This document shows positions 20,109-28,715 of a stretch of DNA of 64,000 nt, piece after piece (positions within the stretch are counted from its first letter, which is position 1; every line of letters starts with the position of its first letter). Below the pieces are notes generated by a model. It saw only the letters and a program-made list of their open reading frames with translations. It ran no database searches and had not been told where the DNA came from. Source of the stretch: Thermodesulfobacteriota bacterium (GTDB taxonomy: Bacteria; Desulfobacterota; BSN033; UBA1163); the NCBI GenBank assembly GCA_049513055.1, contig JBEKWN010000009.1:3789-67788 (forward strand). Direction: 5' to 3'. A program made the position numbers and the translations under genes.

Positions 20109-20310
20109 AGATCCCCCTTTTTCATTTACTATTCTGAGGCCGGGTAGAATACATTTTTGCTATCGGTCCTAAATTCGAAGCACTCAATTCGAAACAAGCA
20201 CGAATGTTCAAAATACGAATGACCCAAATAAAAAGTTTAGAATTTTGATATTTGAAATTTGAATTTGTTTCGAGCTTCGATATTAGGATTTCGAATTTTA
20301 AATAAACTTT

Positions 20311-20883
20311 ATGAGACACAGAATTCAAAATCGTTGGATAATCGGGGGGATCGTTTTCCTTTTGATCGGGATTTTTCCCCTTTCAGCCTTCTGTCAAAAG
20401 GCCTCCATCAAAGATGTCAATGTGAAGGGGACGAAGGGGGTCTGGAAGGTCAGTTTCGATGTGGAGGACTGTTTTACAGAGAAGATGGAGGAGGCGATCC
20501 AGTCGGGGATACGGACGACCTTCACCTTTTATATTAATCTTTACCAAAAGACAGGTTGGTGGAAGAATCGAAAAGTGGCCTCTATCGAGTTTCATCACAC
20601 TGTCCAATACCATCCCATTCAAAAAGTCTATCAAGTGACACTGGAAGAAAACCCTTCTTCTCTAGCCGCTTCCAGTTTGGAGGAAGCCAAAAAGCTGATG
20701 TCAAAAGTGAAAGAATTTGGAATCCGATCTTCCTCTCCACTCGAACCTGGAGTTCCTACTTACTTTCGAATCAAGGCCGAATTGGATCCGGTCAGGCTCC
20801 CGCTTCATTTAGAGTATCTCTTCTTTTTCGTCTCCCTATGGGATTTTGAAACCGATTGGCATATCGAACCTCTCCCACCTTAA
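20311..20883 (+). CDS. DUF4390 domain-containing periplasmic protein
   Basis: Signal peptide and a beta-rich body. The position immediately upstream of an NtrY-type kinase and the C-terminal LWDFETDW-type motif are as in DUF4390 proteins. Confidence 0.6.
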   Translation: MRHRIQNRWIIGGIVFLLIGIFPLSAFCQKASIKDVNVKGTKGVWKVSFDVEDCFTEKMEEAIQSGIRTTFTFYINLYQKTGWWKNRKVASIEFHHTVQYHPIQKVYQVTLEENPSSLAASSLEEAKKLMSKVKEFGIRSSSPLEPGVPTYFRIKAELDPVRLPLHLEYLFFFVSLWDFETDWHIEPLPP

Positions 20884-20903
20884 GATTCGGGGGTGAAAGG
20901 AGT

Positions 20904-23075
20904 ATGAAGAAATCACTTTCTCCTGAAGCAAGAAGACGACGCAATGAGCTGATCATCATTGGGATCATCTCCATCCTCATTCTCATCTTTACAACCATCG
21001 AGATGAAATTCCCCCAAATAGGGGGGATGATCCCTGTCGCCAACAATATCATCATCTTCAGCCTGATCAATATCAACATCATTCTGATTCTCCTCCTGAT
21101 CTTTTTGGTGATCCGAAATCTGGTAAAACTGATCTTTGAGCGAAAACGGAAAGTCCTGGGAGCCAGGCTCAGAACTAAATTGGTGGCGGCGTTTGTCAGC
21201 CTTTCTCTCGTTCCTACCATTCTCCTCTTTTTGGTAGCAGTGGGTTTCATCACCAATAGTGTGGAACATTGGTTTAGCGCCCAGGTGGAACAGTCCCTTC
21301 AAGGATCCTTAGAAGTGGCTCAGACCTATTATCGAGATTTTGCCAACAACACAGTTTCCACCGCTCAACAGATCAGTAAGTCCCTCTCCAAACAAGGCAT
21401 TCACAAGGGATCAAGAGAAATGAGCCTGTTGAGAGAGCAGCTGGAAGCCAGACGACAGGAACACCATCTCAGCACCCTTGGGGTATTTTTGAAAGGAGAG
21501 GGGAATACGATTGGGGTAGAGGATCCCATGCTCAAACCTGTTTCTCTCCATCTTCCGAAGGATTTGTTAGAAGCAGGGTTTTCAGGAAAAGAGGTTTCCA
21601 GAATCTTGTCGGTGGGAGAGGGAGAGTTGATTACTGGCATCGCCCCCATTTTCAATCCTTCGGAAGGAGGGGAGGTGGTGGGAATCGTAGCGGCATCGTA
21701 TTTTATTCCAAAAAGTCTAACGGTCAAGATGCGTGAGATCTCACAGGCTTTTGTGGAATATAAACAATTGAAGATTTTGAAAAAGCCGATCAAGTTTAGC
21801 TACATGATGGCTCTCCTGATGGTGACCCTCCTCATCGTCTTCTCGGCCACCTGGTTTGGTTTCCATTTAGCCAAGGATATTACCGTTCCCATCAAAGACT
21901 TGGCAGAGGCCACCGGTCGGATTGCCTCAGGAGACCTCAATTTCCGAATTCAGATGAAAGCGGCCGATGAGATTGGAATGCTTGTCCAATCCTTCAATCA
22001 AATGACCGGGGATCTCCAGGTGAGCCGTTCTGAGTTGGAACAACGGAAGAAGTACATGGAGATCGTCCTGAAAAATGTGGCCGCTGGAGTGATCACCATC
22101 GATGAGAAAGGAAATGTGACGACCATTAACACTTCCGCAGAGCAGATGTTACAGATCAAAGGAGAAACAGTTCTGGAGAAAAATTTCTCCGAGGTATTGC
22201 CGAAGGAGTATGTGGGGCAAATTGAGCGATTATTGAACGAACTTAAGTCTTCTGGAAAAGATTCCATTGAGAGACAGGTCATTGTGAACCTGGAGGGGAG
22301 ATCCCTATCCCTGTTGATCAATCTGACGACCCTGAGGGATGAAGAAGGGAAATCCCTCGGTGTCGTCGCTGTCTTCGATGACCTCACCCAGTTGATCAAA
22401 GCCCAGAGGATGGCAGCCTGGAGGGAGGTGGCTCGTCGGATTGCTCATGAGATCAAGAATCCATTAACCCCTATTCAACTTTCTGCTCAACGGCTGAGGA
22501 AACGGTACTTGGAGAAACTTCAACCTGATGGGACAGTCTTTGATGAGTGCACCCGAACGATTGTGAAACAGGTTGAAGAATTGAAGGGATTGGTCAATGA
22601 ATTTTCGAACTTTGCTCGAATGCCGGCTTCCCAACCTACTCCCAATCATCTCAATGAGATCATTCAGGAAACGCTCGTTCTTTTTCAGGGGATCCAAAAA
22701 CAAGTCCATTTTGAATTTATTCCCAACGAGCTTCCTGTCCTCAACGTCGACCGGGATCAGATGAAGCGGGTGATGATCAATTTGATCAAAAATAGTCTTG
22801 CCGCCATCGAAAACGGAGGGAAGATCAGAATCCAGACGAGTTATGATCCCAAATTGCAGACGGTCCGCCTTGAGGTGAGTGACGATGGTGGTGGGATCCC
22901 TGACGAAGACAAAGGGAGACTATTCGAACCTTATTTCTCCACTAAAAAAAGTGGGACGGGATTAGGGTTGACCATTGTCAACGCCATCATCTCTGATCAC
23001 AACGGATATATCCGGGTACGGGACAACAAACCCAAAGGCACGACCTTCCTCATCGAACTCCCCGTTCGGGTTTAA
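20904..23075 (+). CDS. NtrY-like sensor histidine kinase (TM-HAMP-PAS-HisKA-HATPase)
   Basis: HAMP domain (DLNFRIQMKAADEIGMLVQSFNQM), PAS domain, H-box AHEIKNPLTPI, N box and G boxes (DDGGGIP, GTGLGL). The ATG at 20904 follows GAAAGGAG. Confidence 0.85.
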   Translation: MKKSLSPEARRRRNELIIIGIISILILIFTTIEMKFPQIGGMIPVANNIIIFSLININIILILLLIFLVIRNLVKLIFERKRKVLGARLRTKLVAAFVSLSLVPTILLFLVAVGFITNSVEHWFSAQVEQSLQGSLEVAQTYYRDFANNTVSTAQQISKSLSKQGIHKGSREMSLLREQLEARRQEHHLSTLGVFLKGEGNTIGVEDPMLKPVSLHLPKDLLEAGFSGKEVSRILSVGEGELITGIAPIFNPSEGGEVVGIVAASYFIPKSLTVKMREISQAFVEYKQLKILKKPIKFSYMMALLMVTLLIVFSATWFGFHLAKDITVPIKDLAEATGRIASGDLNFRIQMKAADEIGMLVQSFNQMTGDLQVSRSELEQRKKYMEIVLKNVAAGVITIDEKGNVTTINTSAEQMLQIKGETVLEKNFSEVLPKEYVGQIERLLNELKSSGKDSIERQVIVNLEGRSLSLLINLTTLRDEEGKSLGVVAVFDDLTQLIKAQRMAAWREVARRIAHEIKNPLTPIQLSAQRLRKRYLEKLQPDGTVFDECTRTIVKQVEELKGLVNEFSNFARMPASQPTPNHLNEIIQETLVLFQGIQKQVHFEFIPNELPVLNVDRDQMKRVMINLIKNSLAAIENGGKIRIQTSYDPKLQTVRLEVSDDGGGIPDEDKGRLFEPYFSTKKSGTGLGLTIVNAIISDHNGYIRVRDNKPKGTTFLIELPVRV

Positions 23076-23292
23076 GGTCGAGATTGAAGGTTCAAGGCTC
23101 AAAGCTCAAAGCCGAATGCGCAAACCAGCCTCCTTGGTGAAACAGAGAACGAATTATTTGCCATTGATTTAATCCACTTAATTCGCTAAGATTAATTAGA
23201 GTTTCGATTTATAGTTACTCTTTGCGCTATGCTCTATGCCTGCCCGCCGAACAAGTTCTTTGGCAGGCGGGCGCTCTGCGGTGATATAAAGG

Positions 23293-23754
23293 ATGGCCGA
23301 GAAGCTGATTTGTCAGAACAAAAAAGCTTTCCATAATTACTTTATCGAAGAGACGTACCAGACCGGGGTCTCCCTTCTGGGATCAGAGGTTAAGGCATTG
23401 CGGGACGGAAAGGTCAACCTGGGGGATAGCTATGGGGATATCAAAAGAGGTGAGGTTTTTCTCGTCGATGCTCATATCAGTCCTTATCCCCAAGCAAACC
23501 GGTTGAATCACGATCCTTTAAGGACCCGAAAACTCCTCCTTCATAAGAGGGAGATTAAACGGCTAATCGGTAAGGTGGAACAGAGGGGATATACGCTGAT
23601 TCCGCTCAAGCTCTACTTTGTGAACGGTAAGGTGAAGGTAGATCTGGGTCTCGCAAAGGGGAAGAAGCTTTATGATAAACGTGAGACCCTTAAGAAGAAA
23701 ACCATGGAACGCGAGATGGAAAGGGGGCGAAAAGGGTTCGACGGGGATCGTTGA
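23293..23754 (+). CDS. smpB: SsrA-binding protein SmpB
   Basis: [21 protein letters not shown] and LLLHKREI..L are canonical SmpB sequences. Confidence 0.95.
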   Translation: MAEKLICQNKKAFHNYFIEETYQTGVSLLGSEVKALRDGKVNLGDSYGDIKRGEVFLVDAHISPYPQANRLNHDPLRTRKLLLHKREIKRLIGKVEQRGYTLIPLKLYFVNGKVKVDLGLAKGKKLYDKRETLKKKTMEREMERGRKGFDGDR

Positions 23755-24079
23755 CGTCAGGGCTGCATACCGAGGTCCCATTGGCTCGTAAAACAAATGG
23801 GATTAAACATAATCGCAAACAACTACGATTATGCCCTGGCTGCCTAAACGCAGCTAGGCGTCCTTCCCTGTCCTCTCCTGTAGGGCGGGACAAGGATGTC
23901 AGAAAAACAGGATAGTTCCTCTCTGACGCCTATAAGAGAGGGGCGAAACTTTATAGGATAGCCTTTCAGGAATCCTGCCTGTGGGAGTCCTGAGGGGCGA
24001 ATTTAAAATACAGGCTATGTATGTAGATGTTCTGTCGGAAGGTTTCCGGACGCGGGTTCGATTCCCGCCGCCTCCACCA
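23723..24079 (+). ncRNA. ssrA: tmRNA (SsrA), tag ANNYDYALAA
   Basis: The 5' GGGGGCG pairs with the 3' CGCCTCC-ACCA and includes the G3:U70 alanine identity pair. GGTTCGACGGGG is near the 5' end. The resume codon is GCA at 23815, followed by GCA AAC AAC TAC GAT TAT GCC CTG GCT GCC TAA. The T-arm GGTTCGATTCCCGCC is at the 3' end. Confidence 0.9.
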
Positions 24080-24081
24080 AA
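24057..24081 (+). repeat. attL: 25-bp direct repeat (3' end of ssrA)
   Basis: TTCGATTCCCGCCGCCTCCACCAAA is identical to 33071-33095. Confidence 0.85.
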
Positions 24082-24084
24082 TCT

Positions 24085-24744
24085 TTAGGCAACCTTCCTC
24101 TTTTCTCCTGCCCTCTTCATTCGTGAATAATGAACATAAAAACATCTTGGAGTGTGGTAGAGTTTATTTCTGATCGATGTCGAGGCAAAGAGTTTCCCAC
24201 ATTCTGGGAAAGCACATCTCCTGATACGGGTCCCGGAAAATGCCGTGAGGAGATCTGCCACCTCATTGACGGCGAGGTCATAGTCTGGTTCAGATCCGGA
24301 GATTACCACAACCCTCCCCTTGGGTTTGTAAGAGAAGCCAGTCTCCACAATGAAGTAACCTTCATCAGGAGTCATTATCAAAATTCTGCGAACCGGAGGA
24401 AGATCAACTTCCTCCACTGTCGTTTTAGTAACCGTTTCTTCCATTTTTAGAACCTTCATTATAAAGTCTTTCAGACGCCTCTGGATATTGGGAAGATCAT
24501 CTACAACTTTTGAAAATAGTCTTCCAGTATCAACCTTTCCTGTCTTCTTAATTTTATCGATCATTCCAGCATAGATGTGGGCATATTCAAGGGCGATTGC
24601 CATCTTCTTCTGTATAGGCATTGAGGCCAAGTCGGATTCTACAAAATCGAGAATAAAGTTTAGCCTACCCTGAACGAACTTTTTTCCCTTTATCGTATCT
24701 AAAAGCCTATCGCCTCCTGATTCTCCTCCTGATCTTTTCATCAT
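24085..24744 (-). CDS. hypothetical protein with C-terminal Cys/His zinc-finger-like motif (possible regulator)
   Basis: 219 aa. The C-terminus RRCAFPECGKLF...LYHTPRC...SRMKR resembles CGNR-type zinc fingers. It is transcribed divergently from the element's replication gene. Confidence 0.4.
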   Translation of the reverse strand: MMKRSGGESGGDRLLDTIKGKKFVQGRLNFILDFVESDLASMPIQKKMAIALEYAHIYAGMIDKIKKTGKVDTGRLFSKVVDDLPNIQRRLKDFIMKVLKMEETVTKTTVEEVDLPPVRRILIMTPDEGYFIVETGFSYKPKGRVVVISGSEPDYDLAVNEVADLLTAFSGTRIRRCAFPECGKLFASTSIRNKLYHTPRCFYVHYSRMKRAGEKRKVA

Positions 24745-24924
24745 ATTAAAAGCCTATCACAATGGGGGGCGTTATGCAACGGCAAAAAAATACTTGACTT
24801 CTCAGGTGATATATGTCATATTTAATTAGAAACTGTGTGACGGATGTGAGTTAATGTAATTGTATAACAAAATTCAGAAGTAAATAATTAAAGTTCGTTA
24901 ATCAAATTTAAATCGGAGGATAAA

Positions 24925-27285
24925 ATGACAGTTCACCTTTTCAAAGCCCACCTCGAACACCTCATTAAAAGTTCTGGCCTGACAAAATCGACAATCAAAG
25001 ATGCAGGGCTCTACACCTTGCCCCCTGGAGACATTAGGAAGAAGCTGGGGTTTGATGAAGGAGTAGACTCTGTTCTTGTTTTTCCATATCAGAATTTCAA
25101 GGGGGTCGAACGCTACAAAACATTTCCTCCAATAGACGGTCGTAAATACTTTCAAAAAAAGGGAACACCCAATCATCTCTATACCCTCAAATCTGATATT
25201 CCCTTCTTCTCGGATGTGTCCGTTCCTGCTTGGATCACCGAAGGTGAGAAAAAGAAGCTCAAAGGACAGCAGGAAGGATTATTTACCCTTGGCCTCTCTG
25301 GAATCTGGGGATGGACAAACGGAAAGAAAAAACTATTGAAGGATTTTGATGAGATTGAGTTTAAGGGAAGGGTGGTTAATATCATCCCAGACAACGATTA
25401 CCTCCAGCCTAATAAGTACGGAAAAGGGAAGAATCTGGAACAGGCGGTGGATGAGTTAGCCGCAAGCCTAACAAAGTTAGGGGCGGAGGTGTTCATTGTT
25501 AAATTGCCACCCGGACCAGAGAAGGGTTTGGATGATTTTCTATGCGTCTACACCATTAAAGAACTCTATGCACTTCCAAAAGAAAAGTTTGAGGGAAAGG
25601 CGGAAAAAAAGAAGAAGAAGTTTTCCCAGGCCGAAATTATTATTTCAGAGGTTTCAAAGAACGAAGAGATTAAACTCTTCCATAACGAGGATCAGGAACC
25701 ATTCGTATTCTTAGATCGGGAGGCAGTATCCCTCCGTTCAAGAAAAATGAGGCAGTATCTTTCTTTGATTTATTACTCCAGCACAGGAAAGGGGTTGAGT
25801 TCCGATTCCCTTAATCAAGCGTTGAATATTTTAGAAGCGGTAAGCATTTTCAAGTCACCAATGTATCCTTTGTTAAACCGGGTGGCTCGTGTTGGAGATG
25901 TGTTTTATTACGATTTGTGTGTAAATGGAAAGGCTGTTCGCATAGCACCTTCGGGATGGGAGGTCATTGACTCACCCATTCTTTTTAGACGATATTCCCA
26001 CCAAACACCACAGTTGATTCCATGTCATGGTGGTGATCCCTGGCAGATATTTAAGTATCTGAATGTCACGGAAGAGTATCGACTGCTAATTCTCATCGTT
26101 GTCATTTCTTATTTCATTCCAGAAATCCCTCATCCCGTGCTCCATCCACATGGAGCCCAAGGTTCAGCCAAAACTACAGCGTGTAAAGTTATCAAGAGGA
26201 TCGTGGACCCATCTCTGGTGGAAGTCTTTGGTGCTCCAAAGGATTATTTCCAGGTAGTCCAGAACCTCACACACCATTACCTATCTATTTTCGATAACGT
26301 TACAGACTTGAAGGATTGGATCTCCGACCTGATTTCCCTGGCCGTGTCCGGAGGCGGATTTTCCAAGCGACAACTCTTCACGGATGACGATGATGTGATC
26401 TATCGGATTCAAAGATGTGTTGGACTAAACGGAATCAACCTGCTTGTGTCGAAGCCAGACCTGATGGATCGAACCGTCCTGTTTCCTTTGCACAGAATAG
26501 AACCTTCCCGGAGGAAAGAAGAGGGAGACCTCTGGAGTAAGTTTGAGGCTGACAGGCCATCCATCCTGGGGGGAATCTTCGATGTACTCTCGAGGGCGAT
26601 GGAGATCCATCCGAATATCACCTTATCATCTCTTCATCGAATGGCCGACTTCGATCGATGGGGGTTTGCGATTGGTGAAGCACTTGGAAGAGGACTTGGA
26701 GAAGAATTTCTAAAAGCATATCAGAAGAACGTCGAACGCCAAAATGAAGAAGTTATCCAAGGAAACACGCTGGCACAGGCTCTTCTCCGGCTGATGACTG
26801 ATTATCCGATGGAGGAGTGGGAGGGAACCGTTGGTGACCTCTTTAAGGTGCTGACAGAGATCAGCCCACCCGTCAAGGATGACGATACCTTTCCGAAGGT
26901 GCAGCGGACCCTGAAGAAGCACATAGAGAGGATCACACCGACGTTGCTTGATCATGGATTGAAGTTTACCTTCCATCCGAAAAAGACAAGGGAAGGATAT
27001 AAAATAACCATCCATAGAGATGGGAAATTTGGTTCATTTGATTCACAGAGAGTCTCACCACCAGATAACCACACGGAATCAGACGAGAATTCGTGTGAAC
27101 CAAACGGTGAACCAAGTGTGAACCAAAACGAGAATCAGGAATTTGGTTCACCGCTTAGTTCACCATCTAACATATCGGAATCATTGAGGTGTGAACCAAA
27201 TGAACCAAGTGAACCAAAATTCCATCCTTCACGGGGTGATGTTGTTAAAAATGACTCAGAAATCGAATTCCCTACAGGAGAATGA
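24925..27285 (+). CDS. primase-helicase-type replication protein (N-terminal Toprim/DUF3854-like, central P-loop NTPase)
   Basis: Toprim Glu (AWITEGEKK) and DxD (IIPDND). Walker A-like HGAQGSAKTT and Walker B-like LSIFDNV. 786 aa. Confidence 0.65.
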   Translation: MTVHLFKAHLEHLIKSSGLTKSTIKDAGLYTLPPGDIRKKLGFDEGVDSVLVFPYQNFKGVERYKTFPPIDGRKYFQKKGTPNHLYTLKSDIPFFSDVSVPAWITEGEKKKLKGQQEGLFTLGLSGIWGWTNGKKKLLKDFDEIEFKGRVVNIIPDNDYLQPNKYGKGKNLEQAVDELAASLTKLGAEVFIVKLPPGPEKGLDDFLCVYTIKELYALPKEKFEGKAEKKKKKFSQAEIIISEVSKNEEIKLFHNEDQEPFVFLDREAVSLRSRKMRQYLSLIYYSSTGKGLSSDSLNQALNILEAVSIFKSPMYPLLNRVARVGDVFYYDLCVNGKAVRIAPSGWEVIDSPILFRRYSHQTPQLIPCHGGDPWQIFKYLNVTEEYRLLILIVVISYFIPEIPHPVLHPHGAQGSAKTTACKVIKRIVDPSLVEVFGAPKDYFQVVQNLTHHYLSIFDNVTDLKDWISDLISLAVSGGGFSKRQLFTDDDDVIYRIQRCVGLNGINLLVSKPDLMDRTVLFPLHRIEPSRRKEEGDLWSKFEADRPSILGGIFDVLSRAMEIHPNITLSSLHRMADFDRWGFAIGEALGRGLGEEFLKAYQKNVERQNEEVIQGNTLAQALLRLMTDYPMEEWEGTVGDLFKVLTEISPPVKDDDTFPKVQRTLKKHIERITPTLLDHGLKFTFHPKKTREGYKITIHRDGKFGSFDSQRVSPPDNHTESDENSCEPNGEPSVNQNENQEFGSPLSSPSNISESLRCEPNEPSEPKFHPSRGDVVKNDSEIEFPTGE

Positions 27286-27731
27286 AAATGATAGTTCAAG
27301 CGATTGTAGATTTCGAGTTGGAGGCTATCGATGGTCGCCTGTTCCAATATAAGACAGGACAGAAGATTATATTCAAGGATCATGTGGCACAAAGGTTAAT
27401 CTCTCAAGGCAAGGTTGTGCTCTTCCAGGCTCCTCCCGAACCTTCCATAAACGAATTCATGGATTTGTGGCAGGCAATCTTCAAGGCATTGGGAAAAGGT
27501 GCACTCTCGCTAAAGAAATTTGATGGACCCGTCCAGATCCAGGTGGGTTCACTCTCTACATCGATTTGGTATGAGTATATACCGTCATTGGCAAATGTCT
27601 TCTTTACGCCCAAGGAGATCATGGAATTGCTCTCCAAATATTTCTTGATGAGGAAAAATGAATTTGCTGAACACTTCAGGGCGGCCTGTTTGGTGAAAGG
27701 GATATTCGAGGGAAGCGAATTATTGAAATGA
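27282..27731 (+). CDS. hypothetical protein (149 aa)
   Basis: ORF whose start overlaps the upstream stop. No motif recognised. Confidence 0.45.
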   Translation: MKMIVQAIVDFELEAIDGRLFQYKTGQKIIFKDHVAQRLISQGKVVLFQAPPEPSINEFMDLWQAIFKALGKGALSLKKFDGPVQIQVGSLSTSIWYEYIPSLANVFFTPKEIMELLSKYFLMRKNEFAEHFRAACLVKGIFEGSELLK

Positions 27732-27747
27732 AAGAAACTCAAACATT

Positions 27748-27990
27748 ATGGAGGTGATTAAAATGGCTGAAAGGTTCGAAGGGAAGGTCAAATTCTTTTC
27801 TTCCCAAGGGAGGTATGGCTTCATAATCGGTCCGAATCAAATTGAATATTATTTCCGAGAATCCGACTGTCAGAGAACCGTGACTAATTTGAAGGATGGG
27901 GAGCCAGTATCGTTTGTTCTGGTCAATGGGTTGAAAGGGCCTCGTGCCGTGGCCATTAGGAAAACATCTGATGTGGAGGAGAGTAAATGA
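27748..27990 (+). CDS. cold-shock domain (CspA-family) protein
   Basis: GKVKFFSSQGRYGFI carries RNP1-like motifs, followed by FRESD. 80 aa, with OB-fold length and pattern. Confidence 0.75.
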   Translation: MEVIKMAERFEGKVKFFSSQGRYGFIIGPNQIEYYFRESDCQRTVTNLKDGEPVSFVLVNGLKGPRAVAIRKTSDVEESK

Positions 27991-28148
27991 GACCACCTAA
28001 GAGACGCATCAGTCAAAACCGATATTGTTCTTATTGTCACTCCTGGGTAACCAAGAAAGTATGGATGAAGACAGATGGCAAATGTCCAACGTGTCGGGGA
28101 CCTTTAACGGATCCCTACCAGCCTTATGAGGTGGTCCGTGGAAGTTAA
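27987..28148 (+). CDS. 53-aa zinc-ribbon micro-protein (not in ORF track)
   Basis: The ATG overlaps the csp stop (ATGA). The product is MRPPKRRISQNRYCSYCHSW...DGKCPTCRGPL, with CxxC...CxxC. The reading frame was translated by hand. Confidence 0.35.
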   Translation: MRPPKRRISQNRYCSYCHSWVTKKVWMKTDGKCPTCRGPLTDPYQPYEVVRGS

Positions 28149-28326
28149 GGTTTTTGGAGATTTCGAGAAGGCGTTAAGAATCTTTAAAATGAAGGTTACG
28201 AAAGATGGAATACTGGGACAGGTCAAACGAAGACATGATGGATTCGATTCATCCAGTGTTAAAAGAAGAAACAAACACCATAAACATCTCCTCCGATTGA
28301 AGAAAATGGAAAGGAAGATGAGATGA
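28126..28326 (+). CDS. ribosomal protein S21-like protein (element-encoded paralog)
   Basis: VEVKVFGDFEKALRIFKMKVTKDGILGQVKRRHDGFDSSSVKRRNKHHK aligns with the host RpsU sequence [48 protein letters not shown]. The start may be the GTG at 28138. Confidence 0.7.
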   Translation: MRWSVEVKVFGDFEKALRIFKMKVTKDGILGQVKRRHDGFDSSSVKRRNKHHKHLLRLKKMERKMR

Positions 28327-28628
28327 TTACTAAAAAACTTAAAAGAGAATTTTACGATAAGTTCGTAAGGGATAAGGACTCGAAGCGATTCTATGACTCG
28401 GCAAGATGGAAGAAGGCGAAGCGAATGAAGTTGAACCGCAACCCACTCTGTGAACTCTGTGAGCAAGAAGGAGTGACCCGTCCCGCTGATCTCGTTCACC
28501 ACCTTTTACCAGTTGATAAGAATAGTGATAGGAATCTTGACTTGATGTACTTGGTTAGCCTATGTCACGAACACCACAATAGAGTAGAGACGGAGCGTGA
28601 GAAGGATGAGACGGCGAGAGGTAATTGA
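28323..28628 (+). CDS. HNH endonuclease (phage-type)
   Basis: CELCEQEG...DLVHH...LVSLCHEHHNRVE. The ATG overlaps the S21-like stop (ATGA). Confidence 0.8.
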   Translation: MITKKLKREFYDKFVRDKDSKRFYDSARWKKAKRMKLNRNPLCELCEQEGVTRPADLVHHLLPVDKNSDRNLDLMYLVSLCHEHHNRVETEREKDETARGN

Positions 28629-28715
28629 TGGGAGGGGGTACAGGGGGGACCCAGATCGCTATTGACCCTTCCGGCCTCTACCCCACGCTGAGAAACGGAT
28701 TTTTGTGGACAAGAT

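Noticed and set aside
20150-20310. AT-rich stretch with many TTCGAA / CGAAT motifs that looked like a repeat array
   Set aside because: There is no regular repeat-spacer periodicity and no conserved unit longer than about 8 nt, so it is not a CRISPR array. It is most likely promoter or UP-element DNA upstream of the DUF4390/ntrY-like operon.
23563-23893. 77-aa and 67-aa minus-strand ORFs
   Set aside because: They are antisense to the smpB 3' end and the tmRNA gene, and have no RBS or motif.
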